Assembly (NCBI GenBank): GCA_046590195.1
Contig: JBKJTP010000102.1
Location: forward strand, 1-40,972
DNA length: 40,972 bases
Source: Candidatus Kapaibacterium sp.
GTDB taxonomy: Bacteria > Bacteroidota > Ignavibacteria > Palsa-1295
Direction of reading: 5' to 3'
Shown: positions 17,759 through 27,507 of the stretch, piece by piece
How positions within the stretch are numbered: the stretch's first letter is position 1
How the letters are laid out: the number at the start of each line of letters is the position of its first letter
Notes under the pieces: model-generated
The model's input: only the letters and a program-made list of their open reading frames with translations
Told to the model about the DNA's origin: nothing
Databases searched by the model: none
Made by a program: the position numbers and the translations under genes

Positions 17759-18891
17759 AATATAAAAACCATATCGGGATGATCCTTTGCGTGACGGGCC
17801 TCTTTGCCGTCACACGTGCGCTTGCGCATGGCGATGAAGATCACTCGGCTCCGAGTACAAACGCAACTCCAGCTGCGAGTGACGCGACGGCCGTTGGGTA
17901 TATCAGCATTGTGAAAGAGTCACAGTTCGCTCTCGGAATTCTGACAGAGCGCGTCGCTGAAAGAACGATGGCAATGACCCGCACAGTCACTGGCAGGATC
18001 ATCCCGACTGCAAACGGCCGCGCCGAAGTCTATGCACCACAGGAAGGCCGCATCATTTCTTCACGTGCCTGGAAAATCGGGGATAGAGTCACCAAAGGTC
18101 AGGCGCTATTCTCTGTTGAACAGACGCTAACCGGGACTGAACGATTGGGACTTGAGCGCGACCTCATCGAAGCGCAGCGCGAAGTAGAAGAGGCTTCTCG
18201 CGACTACAACCGCAAGCGCTCGCTTGAAGGTGTAGTCGCTCAAAAGGAGATTGAGTTCGCGCGTATTCGTTTGGATGGTGCAAAGGAGCGGCAGGCAGCA
18301 CTACAGCGCGTGCTCTCGCAGGGGACAAAACCAGTTACTTGTACAGCACCGATCTCAGGAAGCATCAGCTCGGCCGATGTAGTGGGCGGAGAGTTCGTCG
18401 AAGTAAGCAAGCGTTTGCTGGAGATCGTCAACACTTCTGAGGTTTGGGTTGAAGCACAGTTCTTCGAGTCAGATCTTGCAGCGATGCCGAAGGGCACAGG
18501 CGCTATTGTCACAAGTCCTTCGGCTGTGGGTACATACGTCGGGTCGCTGATATCGGTTGGAAACGTGATCAGCGCTGAATCGAGAACGGCACCTGTCATC
18601 TTTGCTGTCGCGAATCGCAATGAGCAATTGAAGATCAATGCAAGCGCAGAGATCGCGATCAGCAGCGGAGTCGATCAATCAGTGATCGCCGTACCGAAAA
18701 CAGCGATTGTCCGATCTGGCGGCAAATCGTATGTCATCGTCCACCGCGGGCCGGAAGAATTTGAACCTGTCGAGGTCATGAGTGGCGCAGGTGCGGATGA
18801 GACGCATGTCCAGTTAACAAGCGGTGTCAAAATTGGCGACAAGGTCGTGACAACTGGCCTCACCCATTTCAAGGGCAACCTACCACAGTAA
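17755..18891 (+). CDS. RND membrane-fusion protein (CzcB/CusB-like)
   Basis: AHGDEDH N-terminus; APQEGRI, APISG, VWVEA, VPKTAI, GDKVVTTG motifs. Confidence 0.9.
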   Translation: MKYKNHIGMILCVTGLFAVTRALAHGDEDHSAPSTNATPAASDATAVGYISIVKESQFALGILTERVAERTMAMTRTVTGRIIPTANGRAEVYAPQEGRIISSRAWKIGDRVTKGQALFSVEQTLTGTERLGLERDLIEAQREVEEASRDYNRKRSLEGVVAQKEIEFARIRLDGAKERQAALQRVLSQGTKPVTCTAPISGSISSADVVGGEFVEVSKRLLEIVNTSEVWVEAQFFESDLAAMPKGTGAIVTSPSAVGTYVGSLISVGNVISAESRTAPVIFAVANRNEQLKINASAEIAISSGVDQSVIAVPKTAIVRSGGKSYVIVHRGPEEFEPVEVMSGAGADETHVQLTSGVKIGDKVVTTGLTHFKGNLPQ

Positions 18892-18902
18892 GAAGCGAAT
18901 TC

Positions 18903-21900
18903 ATGTTCGACAAACTTATTGCCTTCTCACTCAAGAATCGCCTGTTCGTGGTCGCAGCCGCGAGTCTGCTTTTGGTCTATGGCACCTATGTTCTGATCAA
19001 TCTGCCTGTAGATGTTCTGCCAGATCTTAACCGTCCGACCGTGACGATCATGACAGAAGCTGAAGGATTAGCGCCGGAAGAAGTTGAAACGTTGGTGACG
19101 CGCCAGATCGAAACCTCGATGAACGGCGCACCGGGTGTTGAAAGGGTGCGATCGGTTTCAGGTATCGGTCTTTCGATCGTTTATGTGGAGTTCGGATGGA
19201 GCACGGACATCTATCTTAATCGGCAGTTGGTTACCGAACGGCTTCAAACCGCTGCTGCAAGTCTTCCGCAAGGCATCACACCTACGCTGGGCCCGATCTC
19301 TTCAGTGATGGGGCAGATCATGATGCTTGGCGTCACATCGACCGAGCATCAGCCGATGGATGTTCGCACCTTCGCCGACTTTACGATTCGGCAACGTTTG
19401 CTTACGATCCCAGGCATCGCCCAGGTCATTGCAATTGGCGGCGGCGTGAAGCAGTACCAAGTCCTGCTGAACAACACAGCGCTGGCTTCATACGGTATCT
19501 CTGTTAATGAGGTAGAGGAAGCTTTGGCAGCATCCACTCGCAATACTACTGGAGGGTATATTGAGTCGCAGGGTGAAGAATACCTCGTCCGAAATATAGC
19601 GACCACTGCTTCGATCGAGGACATTGGCAATACCGTGGTGCAAGCGGAACGCGGCAGACCACCGGTGCTGGTTCGACACATTGCACGAGTTCAATTTGGC
19701 GCTCAGGTCAAGCGCGGTGACGCGAGTCTGAATGGGCGGCCGGCAGTCATCCTTTCGATTGAAAAGCAGCCGAACGCGAATACGCTGGAGTTGACCGAGC
19801 AGATCGATGCTGCGCTCGACGAGCTTGAGCACTCGCTTCCGGTTGGGATGAAGATCAACCGCGAGGTATTCCGCCAATCGCACTTCATTTCAAGCGCAAT
19901 TAGCAACGTCGAGGAAGCACTTCGCGATGGGTTCATCCTCGTTACACTTGTGCTGTTCCTTTTCCTGCTGAACTTCCGCACTACGCTCATCACCCTAACA
20001 GCAATACCCCTGTCGATCGTGATCACAGCGATCATCTTCCAGATCTTCGGAGTCTCGATCAACACGATGACGCTCGGCGGATTGGCAGTTGCGATCGGTG
20101 AACTGGTCGACGATGCTATCGTGGACGTGGAGAATGTGCACAGGCGGCTGCGAGAAAATCGCGCGCTTGCAAGTCCGCTGCCGGTCTTGACAGTAGTGTA
20201 CCGAGCATCTAAAGAGGTTCGGAATTCCATCGTCTACGCGACGATCCTTGTGGTGCTCGTCTTCCTACCACTCTTCGCAATGCAGGGGATGGAGGGCCGA
20301 ATCTTTGCACCGCTAGGTATCGCCTACATCACGAGCATCCTGGCGAGCCTCTTCGTATCGCTTACTGTTACGCCGGCCCTAGCTTCTTATCTGCTTGCAA
20401 AGGGCAAACTGAAAGAAGAGAAGGACAGCCGATTCGTTTCGTGGTTGAAGAATCAGGATAGAAGGGCTCTTGCAAAGAATCTGGAAGATCCCAAGCCGAT
20501 CCTGATCGGTGTTGGTGTGTTATTCGCAGCGTCGTTAGCGGTAGTGCCTTTCCTCGGTACTGAGTTCTTGCCACCATTTAATGAAGGCAGCCTAACGATC
20601 AACGTCCTCGCACAACCCGGCACTTCGCTCGAGGAATCGAATCGGCTCGGTACGAGCATCGAGAAGCAACTGATGCAAGTGCCGGAAGTTGTTAATGTTG
20701 CAAGGCGTACTGGCCGAGCTGAACTCGATGAACACGCCGAGGGCACGCATTCAAGCGAGATCGAAGTTGATCTCAAAGAAACTGATCGAGATCGTGAGGA
20801 GGTCCTGGCGGCGGTCCGCGAGCGACTCGATCTATTCCCCGGTGTTGTGATCAACGTTGGACAACCGATCTCGCATCGGTTGGATCATTTGCTCAGCGGC
20901 GTACGTGCCCAGATCGCAGTGAAGCTTTTTGGGAATGATCTCTCGGTCATCCGAGCAAAGGCGGAAGAGATACGCAAGGCACTGGCTTCGGTGCCGGGTG
21001 CAGTGGATGTCTCAGTCGAGAAGCAGACACTTATCCCTCAGATTCCTATCGTTATTGATCGTGCGCGTGCAGCTCAGTATGGGCTAGCTCCTGGATACAT
21101 TGCCGAGTATCTTGAGACGTTGCTTAACGGACGCGTTGTGGCGCAAGTCCTGGAAGGGCAGCGAACGTACTCCCTTGTGATCCGCGGCGACACAACGCTC
21201 AGAACGACACCTGAACTCATGGGTGATCTCTTTATCCAGTCGCCGACAGGGGTCAGTGTTCCTCTTCGAGAGATTGCCACAGTCAATGTTGGTCAAGGTC
21301 CCAATTCGATCAGTCACGAGAACGTCCAACGGAGGATTGTCATCCAGGCCAACGTTTCCGAACGGGCTCTTGGTGATGTCGTGAAGGATATGCAAGCTGC
21401 AGTTGCAGAGCGCGTGCAGATGCCGGAGGGCTATTTCGTTACTTTTGGTGGACAGTTCGAGTCCCAGCAGGATGCTAGCAGATTAATCGGCATTTTGAGT
21501 ATCTTCTCGCTCGCGGCGATGTTCCTTGTGCTGTACACGCACTTCAAGTCGGCGGCCATCGCGTGGCAGATCTTGCTGAACATCCCGCTTGCGCTCATCG
21601 GCTCGGTGATCGCTATCCTGATCACGAACGGAACAGTCTCCGTTGCAAGTTTGGTCGGCTTCATTACGCTGACCGGCATCGCATCACGAAACGGTATTAT
21701 GATGATCTCGCACTATCTTCATCTGGTCAAAGAAGAGGGAGAAACATTCTCAAAGGAGATGATCATTCGTGGATCGCTCGAGCGCCTGGTGCCAGTATTA
21801 ATGACTGCGATCACTGCAGGACTGGCTCTCATTCCTCTTGTGCTTGCAGCAGGTGAGCCGGGCAAAGAGATCCTGTATCCTGTGGCAGTCGTCATTCTAG

Positions 21901-22037
21901 GTGGTCTTGTAAGCTCAACACTTCTGGATATCGTGATCACTCCGCTAGTCTTTCATAAGTACGGGGAGCGAGCACTGAAGCGGTACATCGATGCTCATTC
22001 CAGGAATTCCCAACTCATAAACTCTGATGAACCATGA
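18903..22037 (+). CDS. CusA/CzcA-family heavy-metal RND transporter
   Basis: 1044 aa; VDVLPDL, AIGELVDDAIVDVEN, FLPPFNEG, ERLVPVLMT. Confidence 0.95.
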   Translation: MFDKLIAFSLKNRLFVVAAASLLLVYGTYVLINLPVDVLPDLNRPTVTIMTEAEGLAPEEVETLVTRQIETSMNGAPGVERVRSVSGIGLSIVYVEFGWSTDIYLNRQLVTERLQTAAASLPQGITPTLGPISSVMGQIMMLGVTSTEHQPMDVRTFADFTIRQRLLTIPGIAQVIAIGGGVKQYQVLLNNTALASYGISVNEVEEALAASTRNTTGGYIESQGEEYLVRNIATTASIEDIGNTVVQAERGRPPVLVRHIARVQFGAQVKRGDASLNGRPAVILSIEKQPNANTLELTEQIDAALDELEHSLPVGMKINREVFRQSHFISSAISNVEEALRDGFILVTLVLFLFLLNFRTTLITLTAIPLSIVITAIIFQIFGVSINTMTLGGLAVAIGELVDDAIVDVENVHRRLRENRALASPLPVLTVVYRASKEVRNSIVYATILVVLVFLPLFAMQGMEGRIFAPLGIAYITSILASLFVSLTVTPALASYLLAKGKLKEEKDSRFVSWLKNQDRRALAKNLEDPKPILIGVGVLFAASLAVVPFLGTEFLPPFNEGSLTINVLAQPGTSLEESNRLGTSIEKQLMQVPEVVNVARRTGRAELDEHAEGTHSSEIEVDLKETDRDREEVLAAVRERLDLFPGVVINVGQPISHRLDHLLSGVRAQIAVKLFGNDLSVIRAKAEEIRKALASVPGAVDVSVEKQTLIPQIPIVIDRARAAQYGLAPGYIAEYLETLLNGRVVAQVLEGQRTYSLVIRGDTTLRTTPELMGDLFIQSPTGVSVPLREIATVNVGQGPNSISHENVQRRIVIQANVSERALGDVVKDMQAAVAERVQMPEGYFVTFGGQFESQQDASRLIGILSIFSLAAMFLVLYTHFKSAAIAWQILLNIPLALIGSVIAILITNGTVSVASLVGFITLTGIASRNGIMMISHYLHLVKEEGETFSKEMIIRGSLERLVPVLMTAITAGLALIPLVLAAGEPGKEILYPVAVVILGGLVSSTLLDIVITPLVFHKYGERALKRYIDAHSRNSQLINSDEP

Positions 22038-22444
22038 AGAGAACATTCGTTATTCTTACGTTATCCGTCGGCAGCCTCTTAGGTTGCGGCAAATCTGAAA
22101 CCTCTGATGGAGCGGCAACGACCCATTCGGATACTACCATGCACTCTACATCACAGCAGCCATCGACTCACTCTGGCATGGGCTCAGGCTCCATGGATGA
22201 TCAGATGCGCGCTATGAATTTGCAGATGGTTCAGCATATGGGGCCGGCAGACGCTGAATACGATCACCGATTTATCGACATGATGATACCTCATCACGAA
22301 GGAGCGATCATGATGGCGAAAGATGCTCTCCAAAAGTCTCAACGTCCCGAGATTAAGAAGCTCGCAGAGGATATTATCGCAGCACAGGAGAAAGAGATCG
22401 CGCAATTGAAAGCATGGGGCGAGGCCTGGTACCATAAGCATTGA
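22034..22444 (+). CDS. DUF305 (CopM-like) Met/His-rich lipoprotein
   Basis: Lipobox LLGC; FIDMMIPHHEGAIMMA...IIAAQEKEI. Confidence 0.9.
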   Translation: MKRTFVILTLSVGSLLGCGKSETSDGAATTHSDTTMHSTSQQPSTHSGMGSGSMDDQMRAMNLQMVQHMGPADAEYDHRFIDMMIPHHEGAIMMAKDALQKSQRPEIKKLAEDIIAAQEKEIAQLKAWGEAWYHKH

Positions 22445-22497
22445 TCACATTTACTTGGACCGCGGATGAATGCCGCAGGCCCGCATCATCATATTCT

Positions 22498-23073
22498 ATG
22501 AAATATTTATTTCTACTTCTGTTCTCGATAGCGTGTGCTTCAGCAGCACACGCGCAGGATACCTGCAAGACCATTTCGCACAAGAATCCGCACGGTGCCT
22601 CAATGACCATCAGTCGCGTATGGATTCTGGACTCAGTTAATTTCCGGGTCCGACCGATCCAACAGCTTCCTTATCAGGAGGCAGCAACTGCCAGCTTCGA
22701 CTTTGAGGTCTGTATCCTTGCTCGTGATGGTAAAGAGTACTCTACACAAGTACGGTACATGACCACGCATGGCGTTGTCTCATATTCGATCAGCAATTTT
22801 CAGGCGCCCGGCGGCGTAAGTGCGGTCTTGAGCGAAGCACCTTCTTCTCAGCAGCTTATCTTTCCAAATCCTGCGCGAGAGATCATTACTATGCAGGGAT
22901 CAGCCGGAAGCGATTGGGTGATCTACGACATTGGTGGAGTAGCAAGGCTATCGGGCAGAACAACTGCATCTAGCGAGAGCGTAGAGGTCACGTCGCTCTT
23001 GCCGGGGTCCTACATCGTGAAGGTGACCACCTCGGCAGGTGTTGAAGAGACCCAACGATTGATCATTCAATAG
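22498..23073 (+). CDS. Small secreted protein with T9SS C-terminal domain
   Basis: Signal peptide ending AHA-Q; about 90 aa beta-rich domain; IFPNP...IYDIGG...PGSYIVKV. Confidence 0.8.
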   Translation: MKYLFLLLFSIACASAAHAQDTCKTISHKNPHGASMTISRVWILDSVNFRVRPIQQLPYQEAATASFDFEVCILARDGKEYSTQVRYMTTHGVVSYSISNFQAPGGVSAVLSEAPSSQQLIFPNPAREIITMQGSAGSDWVIYDIGGVARLSGRTTASSESVEVTSLLPGSYIVKVTTSAGVEETQRLIIQ

Positions 23074-23088
23074 CCACAGGAGTCGCAG

Positions 23089-24537
23089 ATGCAAAGACGA
23101 GACTTTCTAAAGGTTAGTGCTGGCATTGCGATCGGCGGTGCTTGGAGTTCTGCGCTGTCGGGATGCGAAGCACCGTCAGATACCATCGGTGTGGATCGAA
23201 ATGCGCCAGTGAAGTTGAGGGTACCCCAAACTCTTTCGTCTGGCTCGTTAACTGCGGCGTATGGTAGTGTCGAAGTGTGGCCGGGCGCTTCAACGAAGGT
23301 TGCAACACTCAACTCTGCTTACATTGGACCGACACTAATTCGGCAACGAGGTGAGCAGGTAAATTTGGCATTCGCCAACATGTTGGGGGAGCCCTCGATC
23401 ATCCATTGGCACGGGCTGAACATTCCTCCAGATATGGATGGTCATCCCATGGACGCGGTGCAAAGTGGAGCAGCATACAATTATTCCTTTACAGTAAAGG
23501 AGAGAGCTGGTACATACTGGTATCACGCTCACCCAGATATGCTCACTGCGAAGCAGGCGTACATGGGTGTCGCAGGACTTGTAATTGTTCATGATGCAGA
23601 AGAGCAAGCCCTGACGTTGCCTCGCGGAGAGTTTGACGTTCCACTGGTCCTTCAAGATAAGCGTACGAGCACAACTAACACTGAGCTTCCGTACGATCCT
23701 TCACACTCTGACATCATCAGCGGCTTCTTAGGCAGCAACGTATTCGTTAACGGTACGCCTAATGCCTATCGTGATGTAAAGTCTGGATTGTATCGCTTCA
23801 GGATCTTGAATGCCTCGAATGCAAGGGTGTATAGACTTGCGTTCAAAGATGATCGGAAGTTTCATATCATCGGGACAGATGGCGGTCTATTGGATAGACC
23901 ATATGAAGTGTCGGAAGCCATGCTTTCGCCAGGAGAGCGTGTCGAGGTCTTGGCCGCTTTTCAGGACGATGACATAGGCTCCGCGGTAGTGCTTGAGAGT
24001 AAGGAGTTTACTGTCTCAGGTAGTCACGGCGGCATGAATTCGCGTCAAGGCGAAGTCCTCAAGGTGATCACGTTCAATGTTCGATCTAAAGGCGATGAGA
24101 CTATCTCGCTGCCCGGCAGCCTCGTGAGCTTCGAACGATTGAGCGAAGCTGGCGCGGTTCGAGAGCGTACGTTTCAGTTGACAATGGATCATTCGCGAAA
24201 CAGAGGTATCCATATGATCGATGGGAAGGTGTTTGATATGGAGCGTTCAGACTATCAGATCCCTTTCGGCGAGCTTGAGGTATGGGAAATACAGAACCAA
24301 GCGGAGGGCCTGCATAGCATGCACATCCATGGTGCGCATTTTCAGATACTTGAACGTAGATTCGCCGGTCCGATGACGCCGGTTGACTATGGGTGGAAGG
24401 ATACCGTCCTTGTGAATGACAATGAAGTTGTAAGACTTGCTGTCCGCTTCGACTCGTTCAAAGGAAGATTCTTGTTCCATTGCCATTTTCTCGAACACGA
24501 GGATGACGGTATGATGGTCAATATCGATATTGTGTAG
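23089..24537 (+). CDS. Tat-exported multicopper oxidase (CueO-like)
   Basis: RRDFLK; HWHG, WYHAH, HSMHIHG, HCHFLEHEDDGMM. Confidence 0.95.
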   Translation: MQRRDFLKVSAGIAIGGAWSSALSGCEAPSDTIGVDRNAPVKLRVPQTLSSGSLTAAYGSVEVWPGASTKVATLNSAYIGPTLIRQRGEQVNLAFANMLGEPSIIHWHGLNIPPDMDGHPMDAVQSGAAYNYSFTVKERAGTYWYHAHPDMLTAKQAYMGVAGLVIVHDAEEQALTLPRGEFDVPLVLQDKRTSTTNTELPYDPSHSDIISGFLGSNVFVNGTPNAYRDVKSGLYRFRILNASNARVYRLAFKDDRKFHIIGTDGGLLDRPYEVSEAMLSPGERVEVLAAFQDDDIGSAVVLESKEFTVSGSHGGMNSRQGEVLKVITFNVRSKGDETISLPGSLVSFERLSEAGAVRERTFQLTMDHSRNRGIHMIDGKVFDMERSDYQIPFGELEVWEIQNQAEGLHSMHIHGAHFQILERRFAGPMTPVDYGWKDTVLVNDNEVVRLAVRFDSFKGRFLFHCHFLEHEDDGMMVNIDIV

Positions 24538-24593
24538 AGGACCCCGAGACAAGTCAACCACGCCAGAATCAATTTAGAACTGCAGCTATGCTT

Positions 24594-24627
24594 AGCGCCG
24601 CCTTTTGCCAGGGCGGCGTTTTTGTTG
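24594..24627 (+). terminator. Terminator hairpin between convergent genes
   Basis: gcgccgcctt-ttgcc-agggcggcgt followed by ttttgttg. Confidence 0.8.
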
Positions 24628-24648
24628 TTCCTGATTCTTTTGGATGAT

Positions 24649-24858
24649 CTAGTGACGTGTGTTGATACCGCAGGCTCTCATGATGCACCATCCTCGAGCG
24701 GCTTGGAACAACAGCAGAGCAGCCGAAGCCAGCATCAGCCAGCCAAGCCAATTGCCAACCATGAATCCGAACGCGGCACCAACGAGCAGTGCTGCGCCGC
24801 CAAGCCCGCGGACATAGCGACCTTTTGAATCAATGTTTCGATCGAACATAGTTGTCAA
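24649..24858 (-). CDS. Small membrane protein, DUF2892/YgaP-like
   Basis: RNID...R.VR, two TM segments, GWC...GINT; overlaps the carH stop; start may be 24849. Confidence 0.7.
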   Translation of the reverse strand: MTTMFDRNIDSKGRYVRGLGGAALLVGAAFGFMVGNWLGWLMLASAALLLFQAARGWCIMRACGINTRH

Positions 24859-25796
24859 GCTTCAAGTGAATGTGTGTGAAGTGGATCCGTCCTAAGTGAA
24901 TCAAGTATCTGACCAAGTTCGGACAGATCGTTAGAAGTGATTGCGCCAATCGCGTTTAGTGGAGTCATGTAGGGCCGCATGGATCGGCCACCAACTACGA
25001 TGTCGGTCTCAGCGGGAAGCAGGCGCCGAAGAGTCGTCAACTCACCTGCAAGCTCTAGATCATCCCCAGGATAGACGATGCTGAGTGCAACGGCTCTTGC
25101 ACCGCTTCGGATAGCAGCGTTTGCAATGTCAGCGGCTGGCAAACTAGCACCTAGATAAACAACTCTCCAGCCGAGATTACCAGCAGAGACAGCGATAAGC
25201 AACGCAGCCAGCTCATGCAGCTGTGCAGCAGGCGTTGCAACTACGAGTGTAGGCCCATTGCTTGCGCCGGTGAACGACCGCGTCTTCATCCCAAGGCTAT
25301 GACGGACGATAGCGCTGGCAAAGTGCTCATGAGCCGCAGTGATCGACCCATCACGCCACTTCTCGCCGATCAACTCGAGTAGCGGAGCCATCACCAGTTG
25401 TAGCGCACCGTGCGAGCCGAGATCCTTGTAGGCATCTGAAAGCGCCGCTTCAAGAGACACTGCATCTAGAACATCAATAGCAGCAACGCAACGACCAATG
25501 ATCTCGCCGGGAGTGGAACGGGGACTACTCGTTGGTGTCTGGTTCTTGATGCTCTGATCAAGCTCTCGAAGATCCTCGGTGCTCATCTTCGCCACGAGCC
25601 CGATGCGTCTGCCCGCATCCGTTACCGACTTTAAAAGCTGGAGTCTTTCGACCTGCGCCTCGGAGTAAGTCCGGCGGTTGGTATCGGTCCTTTCTGGGTC
25701 AATAGCGCCGTAGCGTCTTTCCCACACACGGATGACATGGGCACTCAGGCCCACCCGGTTTGCGACCACTTTCATCGTGTTGAGGGAATCTATCAT
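24855..25796 (-). CDS. carH: CarH/LitR-type MerR-family cobalamin-binding regulator
   Basis: MerR HTH (IRVWERRYG), W-x9-EH (WRDGSITAAHEH), B12 Rossmann domain (LHEL, YLGASLP, ALS, VGG); divergent from crt genes. Confidence 0.88.
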   Translation of the reverse strand: MIDSLNTMKVVANRVGLSAHVIRVWERRYGAIDPERTDTNRRTYSEAQVERLQLLKSVTDAGRRIGLVAKMSTEDLRELDQSIKNQTPTSSPRSTPGEIIGRCVAAIDVLDAVSLEAALSDAYKDLGSHGALQLVMAPLLELIGEKWRDGSITAAHEHFASAIVRHSLGMKTRSFTGASNGPTLVVATPAAQLHELAALLIAVSAGNLGWRVVYLGASLPAADIANAAIRSGARAVALSIVYPGDDLELAGELTTLRRLLPAETDIVVGGRSMRPYMTPLNAIGAITSNDLSELGQILDSLRTDPLHTHSLEA

Positions 25797-25797
25797 G

Positions 25798-25830
25798 ATA
25801 TTAGACAAGTTATAGACAAAAGATGAACAA
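25798..25830. promoter_or_regulatory. Putative CarH operator: three 11-bp direct repeats
   Basis: TAGACA at 25802, TAGACA at 25813, TGAACA at 25824: TnnACA at exact 11-bp period. Confidence 0.75.
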
Positions 25831-25962
25831 CCAGCCCCACCTGTTTTGTTCGCAGCAAAGCCGAACTGTTTATCCTATAAAACAGCACAATAGGCGATAG
25901 TTTGCCAGTGAACCCCACTCGCTGCTAGCTTAGTCCATGTTAGACAACATTAGCAGCTGTCT

Positions 25963-27507
25963 ATGTCAAAAGACGTTATTGTTATAGGCGCCGGGCCTGG
26001 CGGACTCGCATCCGCGATGCTCCTGGCCGCTCAGGGGCTGAAAGTAAAGGTGATCGAACGGCTACCCGTTATCGGCGGCAGGACTTCGAGCATCGAAGCA
26101 TCAGGATACAAATTCGATCTGGGCCCAACATTCTTTCTCTATCCAAGGGTCTTGAAAGAGATCTTCGAGATCGCGGGTACAAGTCTCGATCGAGAAGTTG
26201 AGATGATCAAACTCGACCCGCAATACCGTATTCAGTTTGGTGCTGGCGGGGAGTTGAACTGCACGCCTGACGTGGAAACGATGGCGCGTGAGATCGCCAA
26301 GCTTTCGCCGAGCGATGCTCCCGGTTTTCAACGATTTCTCGATGAGAATAGAACCAAGCTTGCTCGCATGGAGCCGTGTCTCGAGAGCCCGTTCAATAGC
26401 TGGAAGGATCTGGCGCAGGACCGTGTGCTCAAGATGCTGCCGATGCTTCGACCCCATCAATCGGTCGATACCTATCTGAAGCGATTTTTCAAAGATGAGC
26501 GCGTACGACTGGCGTTTTGCTTTCAGTCGAAGTACCTCGGCATGTCGCCGTTCAAATGTCCGAGCCTCTTTTCCATTCTCTCATTCCTCGAGTATGAGTA
26601 TGGAGTCTATCATCCTGTCGGTGGATGCAATGCGATCACACAGGCGATGGCTCGCGTAGCGAGGAAGCTTGGCGTGGAGATACTGCTTGATGAACCGGTG
26701 GAAGAGATGATGTTTAGTGGCAAGCGAGCCACAGGCGTGAGAACAAACAAGGCAACGCATCAGGCTGAAGCGATCGTATTGAACGCAGACTTTGCTCGCG
26801 CGATGGAGCGCCTCGTCCCCGATCATCTTCGCAAGAAGTGGACGAACAAGAAGCTCGCGTCAAAGAAGTATTCCTGCTCTACGTTCATGATGTACCTAGG
26901 GGTAGAAGGCACGTTCGATCTTCCACATCATACGATTCATATCTCAGAGGACTACGAGAAGAATCTCGATGAGATCGAGAACAAGCATGTACTCAGCGAT
27001 GATCCAAGTTTCTACGTGCAGAACGCCAGCGTGACCGATCCGACACTTGCTCCGAAGGGACACTCAGCACTCTACATTCTCGCGCCTGTGACTCATCAGC
27101 ATAAGAATGTGGATTGGGCAAAGGAGGCAGGGCCATTCCGCGAGAAGATGCTCCGCCAGATCAGGAAGGCCGGGTATACTATCGATCCGAGCAAGATCCG
27201 CTACGAACGAGTCATCACTCCAGCAGACTGGGACACGAAGTACGAGATCTATAAAGGTGCGACTTTCAATCTATCGCATACCCTGGATCAGATGCTTCAT
27301 CTCCGACCTCACAACAAGTTCGAGGATCTCGATGGCGTATATCTTGTGGGTGGCGGCACACATCCAGGAAGCGGTCTGCCCGTGATCTTCGAGAGCGCTC
27401 GTATCAGCAGCAGTCTATTGATGAAGGATCTTGGAGCAACGAGCGAAACAGTCCGACGTCATACAAATCTGCATCACGGCACAACTTCGAGCATGGCGCA
27501 TACATGA
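25963..27507 (+). CDS. crtN: CrtN-like C30 carotenoid desaturase (CrtI family)
   Basis: IGAGPGG FAD motif, FDLGPT, FQSKYLGMSP, YSCSTFMMYLG, GGGTHPGSGLP. Confidence 0.8.
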   Translation: MSKDVIVIGAGPGGLASAMLLAAQGLKVKVIERLPVIGGRTSSIEASGYKFDLGPTFFLYPRVLKEIFEIAGTSLDREVEMIKLDPQYRIQFGAGGELNCTPDVETMAREIAKLSPSDAPGFQRFLDENRTKLARMEPCLESPFNSWKDLAQDRVLKMLPMLRPHQSVDTYLKRFFKDERVRLAFCFQSKYLGMSPFKCPSLFSILSFLEYEYGVYHPVGGCNAITQAMARVARKLGVEILLDEPVEEMMFSGKRATGVRTNKATHQAEAIVLNADFARAMERLVPDHLRKKWTNKKLASKKYSCSTFMMYLGVEGTFDLPHHTIHISEDYEKNLDEIENKHVLSDDPSFYVQNASVTDPTLAPKGHSALYILAPVTHQHKNVDWAKEAGPFREKMLRQIRKAGYTIDPSKIRYERVITPADWDTKYEIYKGATFNLSHTLDQMLHLRPHNKFEDLDGVYLVGGGTHPGSGLPVIFESARISSSLLMKDLGATSETVRRHTNLHHGTTSSMAHT

